Positions 1 to 9,404 of a stretch of 64,000 nucleotides of DNA are shown here, one piece after another. This DNA comes from Myxococcota bacterium (lineage in GTDB: Bacteria > Myxococcota_A > UBA796 > UBA2385). The notes under the pieces were generated by a model. The model searched no databases. It worked only from the letters and a program-made list of their open reading frames with translations, and was not told the origin of the DNA. How positions within the stretch are numbered: position 1 is the stretch's first letter; every line of letters starts with the position of its first letter. Location: NCBI GenBank assembly GCA_044344255.1, contig JBIJDH010000001.1, forward strand, positions 480,001 to 544,000. The letters are read 5' to 3'. The position numbers and the translations under genes were made by a program.

Positions 1-2
1 AG

Positions 3-1160
3 GCCCACGCCGCCGGCATCCGCGTGCTCTTTGACCTCGTGATGAACCACGTGCACGAGGACCACAGCTACCTCGACGAGCACCCCGACTGGTTCGGCGG
101 CGGCTGCGTCTGCGGGGCCTCCGGCTGCGACTGGGACAGCCACGCCCGCGACTGCTGGTTCACCGACTACCTGCCCGACCTCGACTACCGGAACCACGAG
201 ATCGTCGAGACGGTGACTGACGACACCCTCCGCCTGCTCGAGGTCTACGACGTAGACGCGGTGCGGGTGGACGCCGCCAAGCACATGGACCACGTCGCGA
301 TGCGCACGCTCCGGATGCGGCTGCGCGACGAGGTCGAGGCCGGCGGCGGGGCCCCCTTCTACGTGGTGGGCGAGACGTTCACGAACGACCCCAACCTGAT
401 CATGGACTATGTCGGCCCGACCGAGCTGCACGGCCAATTCGACTTCCCGCTCTACTGGTCGATCCGCTCGACCTTCGTCGATGGCGGCAGCTTCACCGGG
501 CTCGAGGGAACGGTCGCGTCCAACATGGCCATCTATGGGGACGCTTATGACCAGATGTCCCCCTTCCTCGGCAACCACGACGTCTCCCGCTTCGCCACGG
601 CGCTCGACGGGGTCGCCGGCGACGCCTGGACGGGCGACCTCGACGACCCCATGGCCGACGGCGGGGGCACGGTGACCGAGTGGGATCTCATCAACCAGCA
701 GTCGATGGCCCTCGCTTTCACGCTCACGCAGCCCGGGGTGCCCCTCCTCTACTATGGAGACGAGATCGGGCTTCACGGCGGGGAGGACCCTGACAACCGC
801 CGCCCGATGAGCTTCAGCCCCTACCTGTCGGCGAACCAGTCCGAGCTCTTGGAGCGGACCCAGGTGATCGGCGCCGCCCGGGCCGAGAGCGCCGCCCTGC
901 GGCGCGGGGAACGGGCGCAGCTCTGGGTGGACGACAGCCTGCTCGTCTATGCCCGCGACAATGGCGGCGGCGACGTGGCCATCATCGCGATCAACAAGGG
1001 CGGCAGCGCCCGCAGCGAGCGCGTGTCCGTCTCGGCCCTCGGCGTCGAGGGGGCGACCTTCACCGACCGAAAGCTGGCCGGGCGCAGCGCCACGGTGAGC
1101 GGCGGCAGCCTGACCCTGTCACTCGGCGCCGCCGACTACGCCATCCTGGTGCGCGAATGA
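3..1160 (+). CDS. Alpha-amylase family (GH13) glycoside hydrolase, 5' truncated by the window edge
   Basis: Frame open from window start (AHAAGIRVLFDLVMNH); GH13 motifs DAVRVDAAKH, VGE, FLGNHD, YYGDEIG, DPDNR. Confidence 0.92.
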   Translation, partial: AHAAGIRVLFDLVMNHVHEDHSYLDEHPDWFGGGCVCGASGCDWDSHARDCWFTDYLPDLDYRNHEIVETVTDDTLRLLEVYDVDAVRVDAAKHMDHVAMRTLRMRLRDEVEAGGGAPFYVVGETFTNDPNLIMDYVGPTELHGQFDFPLYWSIRSTFVDGGSFTGLEGTVASNMAIYGDAYDQMSPFLGNHDVSRFATALDGVAGDAWTGDLDDPMADGGGTVTEWDLINQQSMALAFTLTQPGVPLLYYGDEIGLHGGEDPDNRRPMSFSPYLSANQSELLERTQVIGAARAESAALRRGERAQLWVDDSLLVYARDNGGGDVAIIAINKGGSARSERVSVSALGVEGATFTDRKLAGRSATVSGGSLTLSLGAADYAILVRE

Positions 1161-2521
1161 GCGGAGACCGTTGGCCACCTCGGCTGGGCCTCCTGCTCGG
1201 CCTGTCCGTCAGCGCCCCCGCCTGGGCCGGCTTCGGGGCCGGCTCCTACGGCCGGGTGCAGGTCGAGTCGACCCCCGAGGGGGGCCACGGCACCCCCGCC
1301 GACATCGTCGCCCACCCCGGGCGCCTGCAGGCCGCGCCCTATCTGGAGCTCGACCTCTGGTGGGCCATGAAGGACGAAGCGGGAGGCGACTGGAGGGTGG
1401 TGGTGACCCCCGCCATCTCCGGCCAGCCCTTCCACTACGACGGCGAGTGGGCCGCCGACCTCGCCCTGCGCAACCTGTACGTCGAGGCCGACGACTGGAG
1501 CCCGGCGCCCCTGCGGGCCTGGGCCGGCTCCCGGATGCTGCGCGGCGACGACGTCCACCTGCTCGACTTCTGGCCCCTCGACAACCTCAACACCGTCGGC
1601 GGCGGGCTCGTCTGGGAGCCTCAGGGCTGGCGGCTCGCGGGGAGCGTGGGCCTCGCCCGACCCAGCGCCGAGGCCTATCAGGTGCAGACCGTCCCGGTCC
1701 CCCTCGCGGGCCGCGTGGGCGCCGAAGACGTGCTCACCCTCGATCGGCAGCGCGCCGTGGGCTCCGTCAAGGCCGGCCGCTTCTTCGCCACCGACGCCGC
1801 CACCTTCCGGGTCAACGGCTACGGGGAGCTGCACCACCTCCCCGAGGGGCAGCGGGTGGTGGAGGAGCAGCTCAAGGAGGCGCTCCCGGCCGACGGCGGC
1901 GGGGTCGCCGGGCTCCAGCTCTCCGGCTGGGGGTGGGCCCGGGAGTCCTACCTCCACGTCTGGGGCCGCCTCGCCACCGGCCTCGCGACGACAGACCCGC
2001 TGAGCGTCCCGAGCACCTTCGCGACCGACCACCGCACCACCGGAGCCCGCGAGTGGCTCGTGGCCCTCGCCGGTAACCAGGACTGGGGGCCGGTCGCTGT
2101 CCAGCTCGGCGCTTATGCCCGCCATAGCCGCGACGCCGACGGTCAGTCCGGCGATCCGGACGACGGCTGGGAGTCGGCGGTGGCCCTCCGCCCCCTCCTC
2201 GCCCTCGGCGAGCATGGCAGCCTCGGCCTCGAGCTCTCTCGACAGGGCCGCGCCCCCGAGGGCCTCAGCCCCCGCACGGACACCCTGCTCCGCCCGCGGG
2301 TCACGAAGGTCGCGATCATCCCGGCCATCCAGCCTCACTCCGGCAGCTACGCCCGCCCCCAGCTCCGCGCCCAGTATGTCTACGAGCACCTCAATGACGA
2401 CGCGCGGCGCTGGTTCCCCGACGAAGATCCCCGCCACCAGACCAACCACCAGCACTTCATCGGCATCGGCGCCGAGTGGTGGATCGACTCGAACGACTAC
2501 CTGCCGGGAGACAACCGATGA
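1157..2521 (+). CDS. Maltoporin/LamB-like carbohydrate porin
   Basis: Signal peptide; LamB-like WAGSRMLRGDDVHLLDFW, ARPQLRAQY and C-terminal IGAEWW; lies between two GH13 genes with ATGA overlaps. Confidence 0.75.
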   Translation: MSGDRWPPRLGLLLGLSVSAPAWAGFGAGSYGRVQVESTPEGGHGTPADIVAHPGRLQAAPYLELDLWWAMKDEAGGDWRVVVTPAISGQPFHYDGEWAADLALRNLYVEADDWSPAPLRAWAGSRMLRGDDVHLLDFWPLDNLNTVGGGLVWEPQGWRLAGSVGLARPSAEAYQVQTVPVPLAGRVGAEDVLTLDRQRAVGSVKAGRFFATDAATFRVNGYGELHHLPEGQRVVEEQLKEALPADGGGVAGLQLSGWGWARESYLHVWGRLATGLATTDPLSVPSTFATDHRTTGAREWLVALAGNQDWGPVAVQLGAYARHSRDADGQSGDPDDGWESAVALRPLLALGEHGSLGLELSRQGRAPEGLSPRTDTLLRPRVTKVAIIPAIQPHSGSYARPQLRAQYVYEHLNDDARRWFPDEDPRHQTNHQHFIGIGAEWWIDSNDYLPGDNR

Positions 2522-4329
2522 CGCTCACGCCGCTTGGGCGGGGCCGGTCACTCCGACCGCTGTCCCCTGCCCCGCCCCTGTCCCTGCTCCTGTCCCCCGC
2601 CCTGCTCGGGCTCGCCGCCTGCGCCGCGACCACGCCCTTCGCCGAGGATCCCGAGATCACCAACCACGTCGAGGACTGGCGCGACGAGGTCATCTACCAG
2701 GTGCTGGTCGACCGCTTCGCCAATGGAGACCTCAACAACGACCACGGCGTGACGCACGACCCCACGAACCTCGCGCGCTACATGGGCGGCGACTACCAGG
2801 GAATCATCGATCACGTGGACTACTTCGGGGCCCTCGGGGTGACGACGCTGTGGATCTCTCCCGTCGTGGTCAACGTGGAGGAGGACGCCGGCATCGCCGG
2901 CTACCACGGCTACTGGGCGCAAGACTTCACCCGCGTCAACCCGCACTTCGGCGATATGGCGAAGCTGCGCGAGCTCGTCGCGGTGATGCACGACCACGAC
3001 ATCAAGGTGGTGGTCGACATCGTCGTCAATCATGTCGGGCAGCTCTTCTACTACGACATCAACCAGAACGGACAGGCTGACATCAACGCCTACTACTCGA
3101 CCGACGGCTCGGACACGGTCGACCTCGTCACCGAGTGGGATCCGGCCTGGGACCGCCGCGGCATCCAGAGCTTCACGAGCCTCGGCGAGGCCGGGCCGGC
3201 CCCCCTCGGCTGGGTCTATCTGCCCGAGCTCAACCGAATCCCGCCCGAGCCGGCCGAGCTCTGGAATGACGACTACTACAACAAGAGCGGCCGGGTCACC
3301 GACTGGGGCGACGCCGAGCAGGTGGAGCGGGGCGACTTCCCCGGCGGCCTGAAAGACCTCGACACCCGCAACCCGAACGTCCAGCAGGCCCTCATCCGCG
3401 TCTATGCCGACTGGATCCGCCACACGAACATCGACGGCTACCGCATCGACACCGTCAAGCATGTCGAGCACGAATTCTGGCCGGTCTTCTGCGGGGCCAT
3501 CCGCGAGCAGGCGGCGGATATGGGCAAGGAGAAGTTCATCCTCTTCGGCGAGGCCTTCGACGGCGACGACAGCCTGATCGGCGGCTACACCGACGCCGGG
3601 ATGCTCGACGGAATGGCCTACTTCTCTCAGAAGTACACGGTCTATGACGGCGTCTTCCGCGACCAGGCGCCCCCCTCGGTCATCGCCGACCTCTGGGCTG
3701 CCCGAGAGGCCAATTGGGGCCAGGTGGCGCAAGACGGGGGCGTCGGCGTGCCGCCGGTCGACCTGCCGATCAACTTCCTCGACAACCACGACGTGCCCCG
3801 CTTCCTCTACGAGCGGGACGAAGACAGCCTCGCCCTCGCCCTGCTCCTGCTGTTCACCGAGGCCGGGCTGCCGGTGCTCTATTACGGCACCGAGCAGGGC
3901 TTCGACGGCGGGAATGACCCCACCAACCGCGAGCCGCTCTGGACCTCCGGCTTCGCGACCGACGGCGCGCTCTTTGACTGGATCTCCGCCCTCACCGCCC
4001 TCCGCGCTGACCAGGAGGCGCTGCGCCGCGGCGAGACCAGCGTGCTCTGGGCGAGCGACAGCGCCGCCGGAGAGGCCGACGCCGGCCTCTTCGTCTATCA
4101 GCGCCTCGCCGGCCTCGAGACCGTGGTGGTGGCCCTGAACACGCGCCCCGACCAGACGAGCCGCACCGAGAAGGACGGCGTGGCCATGAGCGTGCCCTAC
4201 GCGCCGGGGACACGGCTCAGCGCCATCTTCCCGCCGGGCCTCGCCCAGTCCTACACCGTGGGAGCCGACAGCACCGTGGCTATCGAGCTCCCGCCGCTGC
4301 AGGGGGTGGTGCTGGCGCCGGTCGACTGA
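2518..4329 (+). CDS. Alpha-amylase family (GH13) lipoprotein
   Basis: ATG at 2518 overlaps upstream stop; lipobox LAAC; WRDEVIYQVLVDRF, YHGYW, DIVVNH, DGYRIDTVKH, FLDNHD. Confidence 0.93.
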   Translation: MTLTPLGRGRSLRPLSPAPPLSLLLSPALLGLAACAATTPFAEDPEITNHVEDWRDEVIYQVLVDRFANGDLNNDHGVTHDPTNLARYMGGDYQGIIDHVDYFGALGVTTLWISPVVVNVEEDAGIAGYHGYWAQDFTRVNPHFGDMAKLRELVAVMHDHDIKVVVDIVVNHVGQLFYYDINQNGQADINAYYSTDGSDTVDLVTEWDPAWDRRGIQSFTSLGEAGPAPLGWVYLPELNRIPPEPAELWNDDYYNKSGRVTDWGDAEQVERGDFPGGLKDLDTRNPNVQQALIRVYADWIRHTNIDGYRIDTVKHVEHEFWPVFCGAIREQAADMGKEKFILFGEAFDGDDSLIGGYTDAGMLDGMAYFSQKYTVYDGVFRDQAPPSVIADLWAAREANWGQVAQDGGVGVPPVDLPINFLDNHDVPRFLYERDEDSLALALLLLFTEAGLPVLYYGTEQGFDGGNDPTNREPLWTSGFATDGALFDWISALTALRADQEALRRGETSVLWASDSAAGEADAGLFVYQRLAGLETVVVALNTRPDQTSRTEKDGVAMSVPYAPGTRLSAIFPPGLAQSYTVGADSTVAIELPPLQGVVLAPVD

Positions 4330-4350
4330 CCGCCGCCCCCCTCCGCGACA

Positions 4351-4803
4351 CTACTTGCCGCGGACCAGCACCACGACGGTCTGGACCTTGGGGTCGAGGT
4401 GGCCCTCGGCCTGGAGGTCTTGGATGGCCACCTCGACCTCGTCCATCAGCGGGCCGCGGAAGTCTTTCAGCTTGCGGATGAGCTTCTTCTTCTGGCGGCC
4501 GAGGTCGATGAAGACGTGGTCGAGGGTGAGCGCGGCGTCTGCGGCGCCCTGGGAGTCGGGCGCCGGGGGCTCCTGGTCAGCGGCCTCGGCGGGGACGTCC
4601 ACCTCCACGACGGGCGGCTCGACGCCCTCTCCGGGGTGCTCCACCCAGACCCCGTCGGACTCCGGCCCGTCGGCGGCGACGGTCTCGGCGACGGACTCGG
4701 CGACGGACTCGGCGACGGTCTCGGCGACGGACTCGGCGGGGTTCGCCTCCACCGCGCGGTCGTCGGCCTCGGGCTCTTCGATGGGGTCGTGCTTGGCGGA
4801 CAT
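4351..4803 (-). CDS. Hypothetical protein with acidic low-complexity N-terminus and compact C-terminal domain (DUF6200-like)
   Basis: ATG preceded by CAGGAG SD; C-terminal IDLGRQKKKLIRKLK...VQTVVVLVR resembles DUF6200 from memory. Confidence 0.6.
   Translation of the reverse strand: MSAKHDPIEEPEADDRAVEANPAESVAETVAESVAESVAETVAADGPESDGVWVEHPGEGVEPPVVEVDVPAEAADQEPPAPDSQGAADAALTLDHVFIDLGRQKKKLIRKLKDFRGPLMDEVEVAIQDLQAEGHLDPKVQTVVVLVRGK
4675..4734. repeat. 12-bp tandem repeat x5 (GGCGACGGWCTC), encoding (E-S/T-V-A)n on the minus strand
   Basis: Read directly from sequence. Confidence 0.9.
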
Positions 4804-4891
4804 GTTCACTCTCCTGACTGTGTGAATTCAAAGCTCTGCGGGGCGGATCGGAGCCTTTGCTCTCCTTCGTACTCCCCGGCGCGGGCGAGCC

Positions 4892-5779
4892 CTAACCCGG
4901 CGCCCCGCCCCAGGCGGACCAGGCCCCCGCGGCGCGGGCCGCCCGAGCCCGCGCGGCGACGGAGAGCAGGGGCAGATCGCGCTCCCAGGCGGCCCCGAGC
5001 GCGGGGTCGAGGAGGGCGAGGCGCCGCTGGGCGGCGGGGGCCAGCGTCGAGAGCAGGCGGAGCGCCCCGTCGAGGGCGAGGAGGGGCCCCGGCTCGAGCA
5101 GGGCGGCCCGGGGGAGCTCGGCGAGGGCGACCAGCGCCGCGAGCAGGGCGAGCAGCGGCGGGACCTCGTCGGCGCGATCCCCCCGGCGGAGCAGCAGCCC
5201 GGTGAGGGCCGCGGTGGCGCAGAGGCCCACCGTCAGGTCCTCCACGCTCCGGAAGGGCTTGACGTAGTCCACCCAGCCATCCCCAGGCAGGATGTCGGCG
5301 GCGGCGACGGCCACCTCGTCGAGCCGGACCGTGGCGTGATCGACCTCCGGGCAGAAGGGGAGCTCCGGGCCGGGCGAGAGCCGCAGGCCGGGCGAGGGCA
5401 CCGCCACCCGGACGAGGCGCAGGGCCTTCCGACCCGACACCTCCCCCGCGGCGCAGAGCACGAGCAGGGCCTCGGCGGCGCCGGCCAGGGTCGCGAAGGA
5501 CTTCTCCCCGGTGAGGCGCAGCCCGCCCACCCCCGCCTCGAGGCGGGCCTCGATGTGACGCGGGTGCGCCCCCCTCGCCTCGGTCGCGCAGAGGGAGCGG
5601 CGTTCGCCCGCCGTCGAGCCAGGGACGAGGCGCTGGAGCGCGGCCTGGTAGCCCACGGTGAAGGCCGCCCCGAGGGTCTCGGCGCGGGCGGCCTCGGCGA
5701 CGCAGCGGAGCAGCGGGTCTTCGGGCAGGCGGGCCGCGGTGGACAGGCCGAGCAGCGGGTAGACGCGGTCGAGCGACAT
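4892..5779 (-). CDS. Short acyl-CoA dehydrogenase family protein
   Basis: SLCATE, LRLTGEKSFAT, middle beta-domain, HATVRLDEVAV...ILPGDG. Confidence 0.75.
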   Translation of the reverse strand: MSLDRVYPLLGLSTAARLPEDPLLRCVAEAARAETLGAAFTVGYQAALQRLVPGSTAGERRSLCATEARGAHPRHIEARLEAGVGGLRLTGEKSFATLAGAAEALLVLCAAGEVSGRKALRLVRVAVPSPGLRLSPGPELPFCPEVDHATVRLDEVAVAAADILPGDGWVDYVKPFRSVEDLTVGLCATAALTGLLLRRGDRADEVPPLLALLAALVALAELPRAALLEPGPLLALDGALRLLSTLAPAAQRRLALLDPALGAAWERDLPLLSVAARARAARAAGAWSAWGGAPG

Positions 5780-5868
5780 CGGGCGCCTCCGGCCGGCGCG
5801 GCCCCGGAGCGGGGGCGGCCAGCGCGTAAAGGTTTCGGGTGGGCGAGGGCTCCGGCTATCGTAGCGCC

Positions 5869-6336
5869 ATGCCCCTCCCCACCCGCGCTCGGTGGCCCTC
5901 CCCCCCTCTCCAGGCGGGTCCTGCGCTCCTCGCCGGGGCCCTCCTGCTCGGCGCCTGCGGGGCGGATCGGCTGCCCTCGGGCCTCCGCACCAGCATGCGG
6001 CGCCTCGAGCCTCCCGCCGCCTGCACCCTGGCCCCCGCCGGCAGCCCGGAGGATCGCCTCGATCCCGGTGAGCTGCGGGTCCTCGTGCTGAGCCAGACCG
6101 GCGCCGCCGTCGCCGGGGCGCGGGTCGAGCTCAGCCTCCGCCCCTACGCCGCAGAGGCCGATCCCCGCGGCCTCGCCACCTTCTCCGGGCTCCCCGCCGG
6201 CCCCCTGAACTGGACCCTCGACAAGGAGGGCTTCGCGCACGCATGGAGCGGCCCGGCCACCCTCCCCCCGCAAGAGGGGGCCTTCATGACCTGCGTGCTC
6301 GAGGCCACGCCCCCCGCGCTGGCCTCCGGTCGCTGA
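5869..6336 (+). CDS. Lipoprotein with carboxypeptidase-regulatory-like beta-sandwich domain
   Basis: Lipobox LLGAC; GAAVAGARVEL...ADPRGLATFSGLPAG...KEGFA pattern. Confidence 0.65.
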   Translation: MPLPTRARWPSPPLQAGPALLAGALLLGACGADRLPSGLRTSMRRLEPPAACTLAPAGSPEDRLDPGELRVLVLSQTGAAVAGARVELSLRPYAAEADPRGLATFSGLPAGPLNWTLDKEGFAHAWSGPATLPPQEGAFMTCVLEATPPALASGR

Positions 6337-6361
6337 GCCGCGAGGCGCGCGCCGGCCCCGC

Positions 6362-6757
6362 TCAGATCGGGCTGTCCGAGCCGCCTTGAAGGGCCAGCAG
6401 CAGCGAGGCCCACAGCGGCCCCACGCCGTGGGAGAGCAGCCAGGCCTGGAGCAGGAAGGAGGCGACGGAGAAGAGCAGGAGGCCGGTGGCCCGTCGTTTC
6501 ACCCGTTCGAGCCGCGCGAGGGACTCGACGGGCAGCGCGCCGGCGTCGAGGTGGTGCATCTGGCCGTCGACGAGCAGGTAGGCCCAGAGCGTGAGCAGGG
6601 CGCCGGGCACCCCCGTCCAGCAGGGGACGCCGAGCAGGTGCAGCGGCAGCGAGAGCAGGAGCAGCCGATCGGCCCGCGCCAGCACCCCGCCGAGCTCCAA
6701 GAGGCCCGGAGGGGGGTCTCCAGCGAAGAGGGCGTCGACCCGCTCGGAGCCCGCCAT
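6362..6757 (-). CDS. Hypothetical membrane protein
   Basis: 131 aa with several hydrophobic segments; starts immediately after the plsB stop. Confidence 0.6.
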   Translation of the reverse strand: MAGSERVDALFAGDPPPGLLELGGVLARADRLLLLSLPLHLLGVPCWTGVPGALLTLWAYLLVDGQMHHLDAGALPVESLARLERVKRRATGLLLFSVASFLLQAWLLSHGVGPLWASLLLALQGGSDSPI

Positions 6758-9373
6758 TCAGTCGACCAGCCGCTTGAGGTCGTCCATGTACTGCTGGACC
6801 ACCGCGTCGTCGAACTGGAGGCCGCCCCCGTCGGAGCGGAACTGGAGCACCCCCTCCTCCCGCCAGGCCTGCACGGCGTTGGTGAGGTTGACGAGGGACA
6901 GGGACTCGGGGCGGCTGAGCTCGTCCACGGCGAGCAGGCCCTTGCCCACCTCCTGGACCCGCAGCGGCAGCTGATCGGGCCGGAGATCGCGGGAACGGAG
7001 CGCCCTGGCGGCCCGGAGCACGAGGGCGTAGCTCTCGAGCAGGTTGCGGGTGAGCTCGGCCAGCTCGGTCACGAGCTTCGGCTCGACGACGACCAGCTGG
7101 CCATCGGCCTCTTCGCGGAGGGCGCCGTAGGAGATGAGGCTCCGCAGGGCCTCGTCTTCGAGCGACTCGAGACTGCGGTCGGGGTCGAGGGTGAGCTCGT
7201 AGCGGAGCAAGAAGAGCTGCTCGCGGAAGAGGCGACGGAGCTCGGCCCGCGGCAGGTCGGCGGCCTGCTCCCGGCAGGCCCGCACCGAGGCGGCGAAGAG
7301 GCTCTCTGGCACCAGGAAATTGAGCAGGGAATTCTTGTAATACTCGAGGGTGATCCGCTTGGCCTCGAGGAGCTGGAGGATGTCACCCTCCTCGTCCTTG
7401 ACCCGGCTCAACAGACGCCGCTTCTCGAAGCGCTGAACGGCCTCGACCACGCCGCTGCGGCCGATGGAGCCCCCGGCCCCGAACTCCGCCCCCTTCCGCT
7501 GGAGGAGGCGCTCGAAGCGCTCGACGCGGGCGACGAGCTCATTCATCCGCACACCCCGCTTCGACTGCGCGAGGAGGGCGAGGGCGGTCAGGCCCGTCGG
7601 CAGGATGACGAGGCGCTCGGAGATGCGGTACAGGAGCCGCTCTCCGGTGCGCTCGAGCACCTCTCGCCGGTGGTCGCGATCGAGGGTGGCCCAGGGGGCC
7701 GGCAGGTCGGAGAAGAGGGCGCGGGTGCTGATCGGCTCGCCCACCCGGAGGTAGACCTTGCCGAAGCGGCGGCCGATCACCCGCCCCGCCTTGACCACCT
7801 GGCCGAGGTCTTCCCGCTCCTTCGTCGCTCCGCCGAGCTCGCTCGCATACGAGCGCTCCTCGGCGATCTGCTCGTAGCAGACCGCGATCGGGAGGAGGGT
7901 GACCTCTTGATCCTTCTGCTGGCGGGCCGCGGCGTCCATCACCATCGAGAGCACGCCGAGGCGCGCCGGCAGCAGCTTGCCGGTGCGGCTTCGCCCCCCC
8001 TCGATGAAGAACTCGACCGGGAAGCCGTCGCGGAGCAGCTGCCGGAGGTAGCGCTCGAAGACGACCGGAAACACCCGGTCGCCCTTGAAGCTGCGCTTGA
8101 TGAAGAAGGCCCCCGCCCGTCGGAACAGCGGCCCGAGCGGCCAGAAGGAGAGGTTGTCGCCGGCGACCACGTGCGGAACGACCAGATCGTGCTCGTACAT
8201 CACCGTGGAGACGAGCAGGTAGTCGAGGTGGGAGCGATGACAGGGCACGAGCACGGGGGTGCCGGCGCGCATCGCCGCCCGCAGGCGCTGGGCGTCCTCG
8301 GGGCGCATGTCGATGCCGGCGAAGATGCGGTTGAACAGCATCTTCGTGAAGGCGTACGCGACCTGGACCACGGGGAAGCTCATCCGGGCCGCGATCTGGT
8401 CAAGGACCTTCGCCACCTCGGCCTGGACGACGGGCGCGGCGCGGTGGGTGGCTCGCGCCTCCTCGGTCACGAGGCGCTGGACCTCCGGGGAGTGCAGCAC
8501 GAGGCGCCGCATCCAGCGCAGGGGCCGGATGCGCGGCCCTCGGATGACGTGGGACTCCCGGTAGAGGTAGCGCCGGAGCAGGATGCGGGCCGCCCTCACC
8601 TGCCGGGCTGGGGGCTCGGCCTTGTACCGCTCGAGCAGCTCCCGGAGGTCGAGCGGCTCGCCGGCCTGGACGAGGGCGACGCTCGTGCGGGTGAGCACGT
8701 TCCAGAGCTTCTGGAAGGTCCCCGGCTCGTCCTGGGAGCCGAGCAGCACACGAGCCACCTCGGTGCGGGCGAGCTCCGGGCGGCGGTGCCAGGCCACCAC
8801 GACGGGCACCACCTGGACCGGCGCGCTCGAGCGGGCCTGGGCCTCGACGAGGGCGCTGATGGGGTCCGGGGCCTCGACGCCGAGCGCGTCGGAGACGATG
8901 TCTCGCTCGGGCACGAGGAAGACGCAGGTGGTCAGCCCGCGCGACACGGCCTCGGCCAGCCAGCCGGAGTCGACGGGATCGGGGGCCTTCCCGCCGCGGA
9001 GCCGGGCCACGAAGGCGCCCTTGATCTCGCGGACGGCCTCGATGAAGGGCTGGAACCAGGTGGAGCGGATGCCGAGCGAGAAGGCGGCGAGCGGCAACCG
9101 CCGCCCGTTCAAGACCCGGTTGAGGGCCAGCCAGTCGATGAGCGAAGGGGTGTGGAGCGCGTAGACCACCGGGCCGCGGGAGGCCGCCTGGCGGATGTTC
9201 TCCGCCGAGTGCTCCTCCAGCCGGAGGCGCCGGAGGAGGATCCCGAGCCCGCACAGCCAGTAGAGCAAGCCGAAGCGCCGGACCATCGCGGAGCGGTACC
9301 GGCCCTCCCAGGACAGCGCGGGATCGGGGCGCTCGGGGCTGGGCGCGGGGGCGGGGAGGCCGGATGGGTCCAT
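6758..9373 (-). CDS. plsB: Glycerol-3-phosphate acyltransferase (PlsB)
   Basis: HRSHLD (HxxxxD), GAFFIKR, FFIEGGRSRTG motifs; start placed at ATG 9373 (uncertain). Confidence 0.88.
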   Translation of the reverse strand: MDPSGLPAPAPSPERPDPALSWEGRYRSAMVRRFGLLYWLCGLGILLRRLRLEEHSAENIRQAASRGPVVYALHTPSLIDWLALNRVLNGRRLPLAAFSLGIRSTWFQPFIEAVREIKGAFVARLRGGKAPDPVDSGWLAEAVSRGLTTCVFLVPERDIVSDALGVEAPDPISALVEAQARSSAPVQVVPVVVAWHRRPELARTEVARVLLGSQDEPGTFQKLWNVLTRTSVALVQAGEPLDLRELLERYKAEPPARQVRAARILLRRYLYRESHVIRGPRIRPLRWMRRLVLHSPEVQRLVTEEARATHRAAPVVQAEVAKVLDQIAARMSFPVVQVAYAFTKMLFNRIFAGIDMRPEDAQRLRAAMRAGTPVLVPCHRSHLDYLLVSTVMYEHDLVVPHVVAGDNLSFWPLGPLFRRAGAFFIKRSFKGDRVFPVVFERYLRQLLRDGFPVEFFIEGGRSRTGKLLPARLGVLSMVMDAAARQQKDQEVTLLPIAVCYEQIAEERSYASELGGATKEREDLGQVVKAGRVIGRRFGKVYLRVGEPISTRALFSDLPAPWATLDRDHRREVLERTGERLLYRISERLVILPTGLTALALLAQSKRGVRMNELVARVERFERLLQRKGAEFGAGGSIGRSGVVEAVQRFEKRRLLSRVKDEEGDILQLLEAKRITLEYYKNSLLNFLVPESLFAASVRACREQAADLPRAELRRLFREQLFLLRYELTLDPDRSLESLEDEALRSLISYGALREEADGQLVVVEPKLVTELAELTRNLLESYALVLRAARALRSRDLRPDQLPLRVQEVGKGLLAVDELSRPESLSLVNLTNAVQAWREEGVLQFRSDGGGLQFDDAVVQQYMDDLKRLVD

Positions 9374-9404
9374 CCCCACCGAGTAACCGGCCCGACCGGA
9401 ACGG

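Noticed and set aside
4829..4859. Imperfect hairpin CAAAGCTC...GAGCCTTTG as terminator or riboswitch
   Set aside because: No U-tract and no recognisable aptamer consensus
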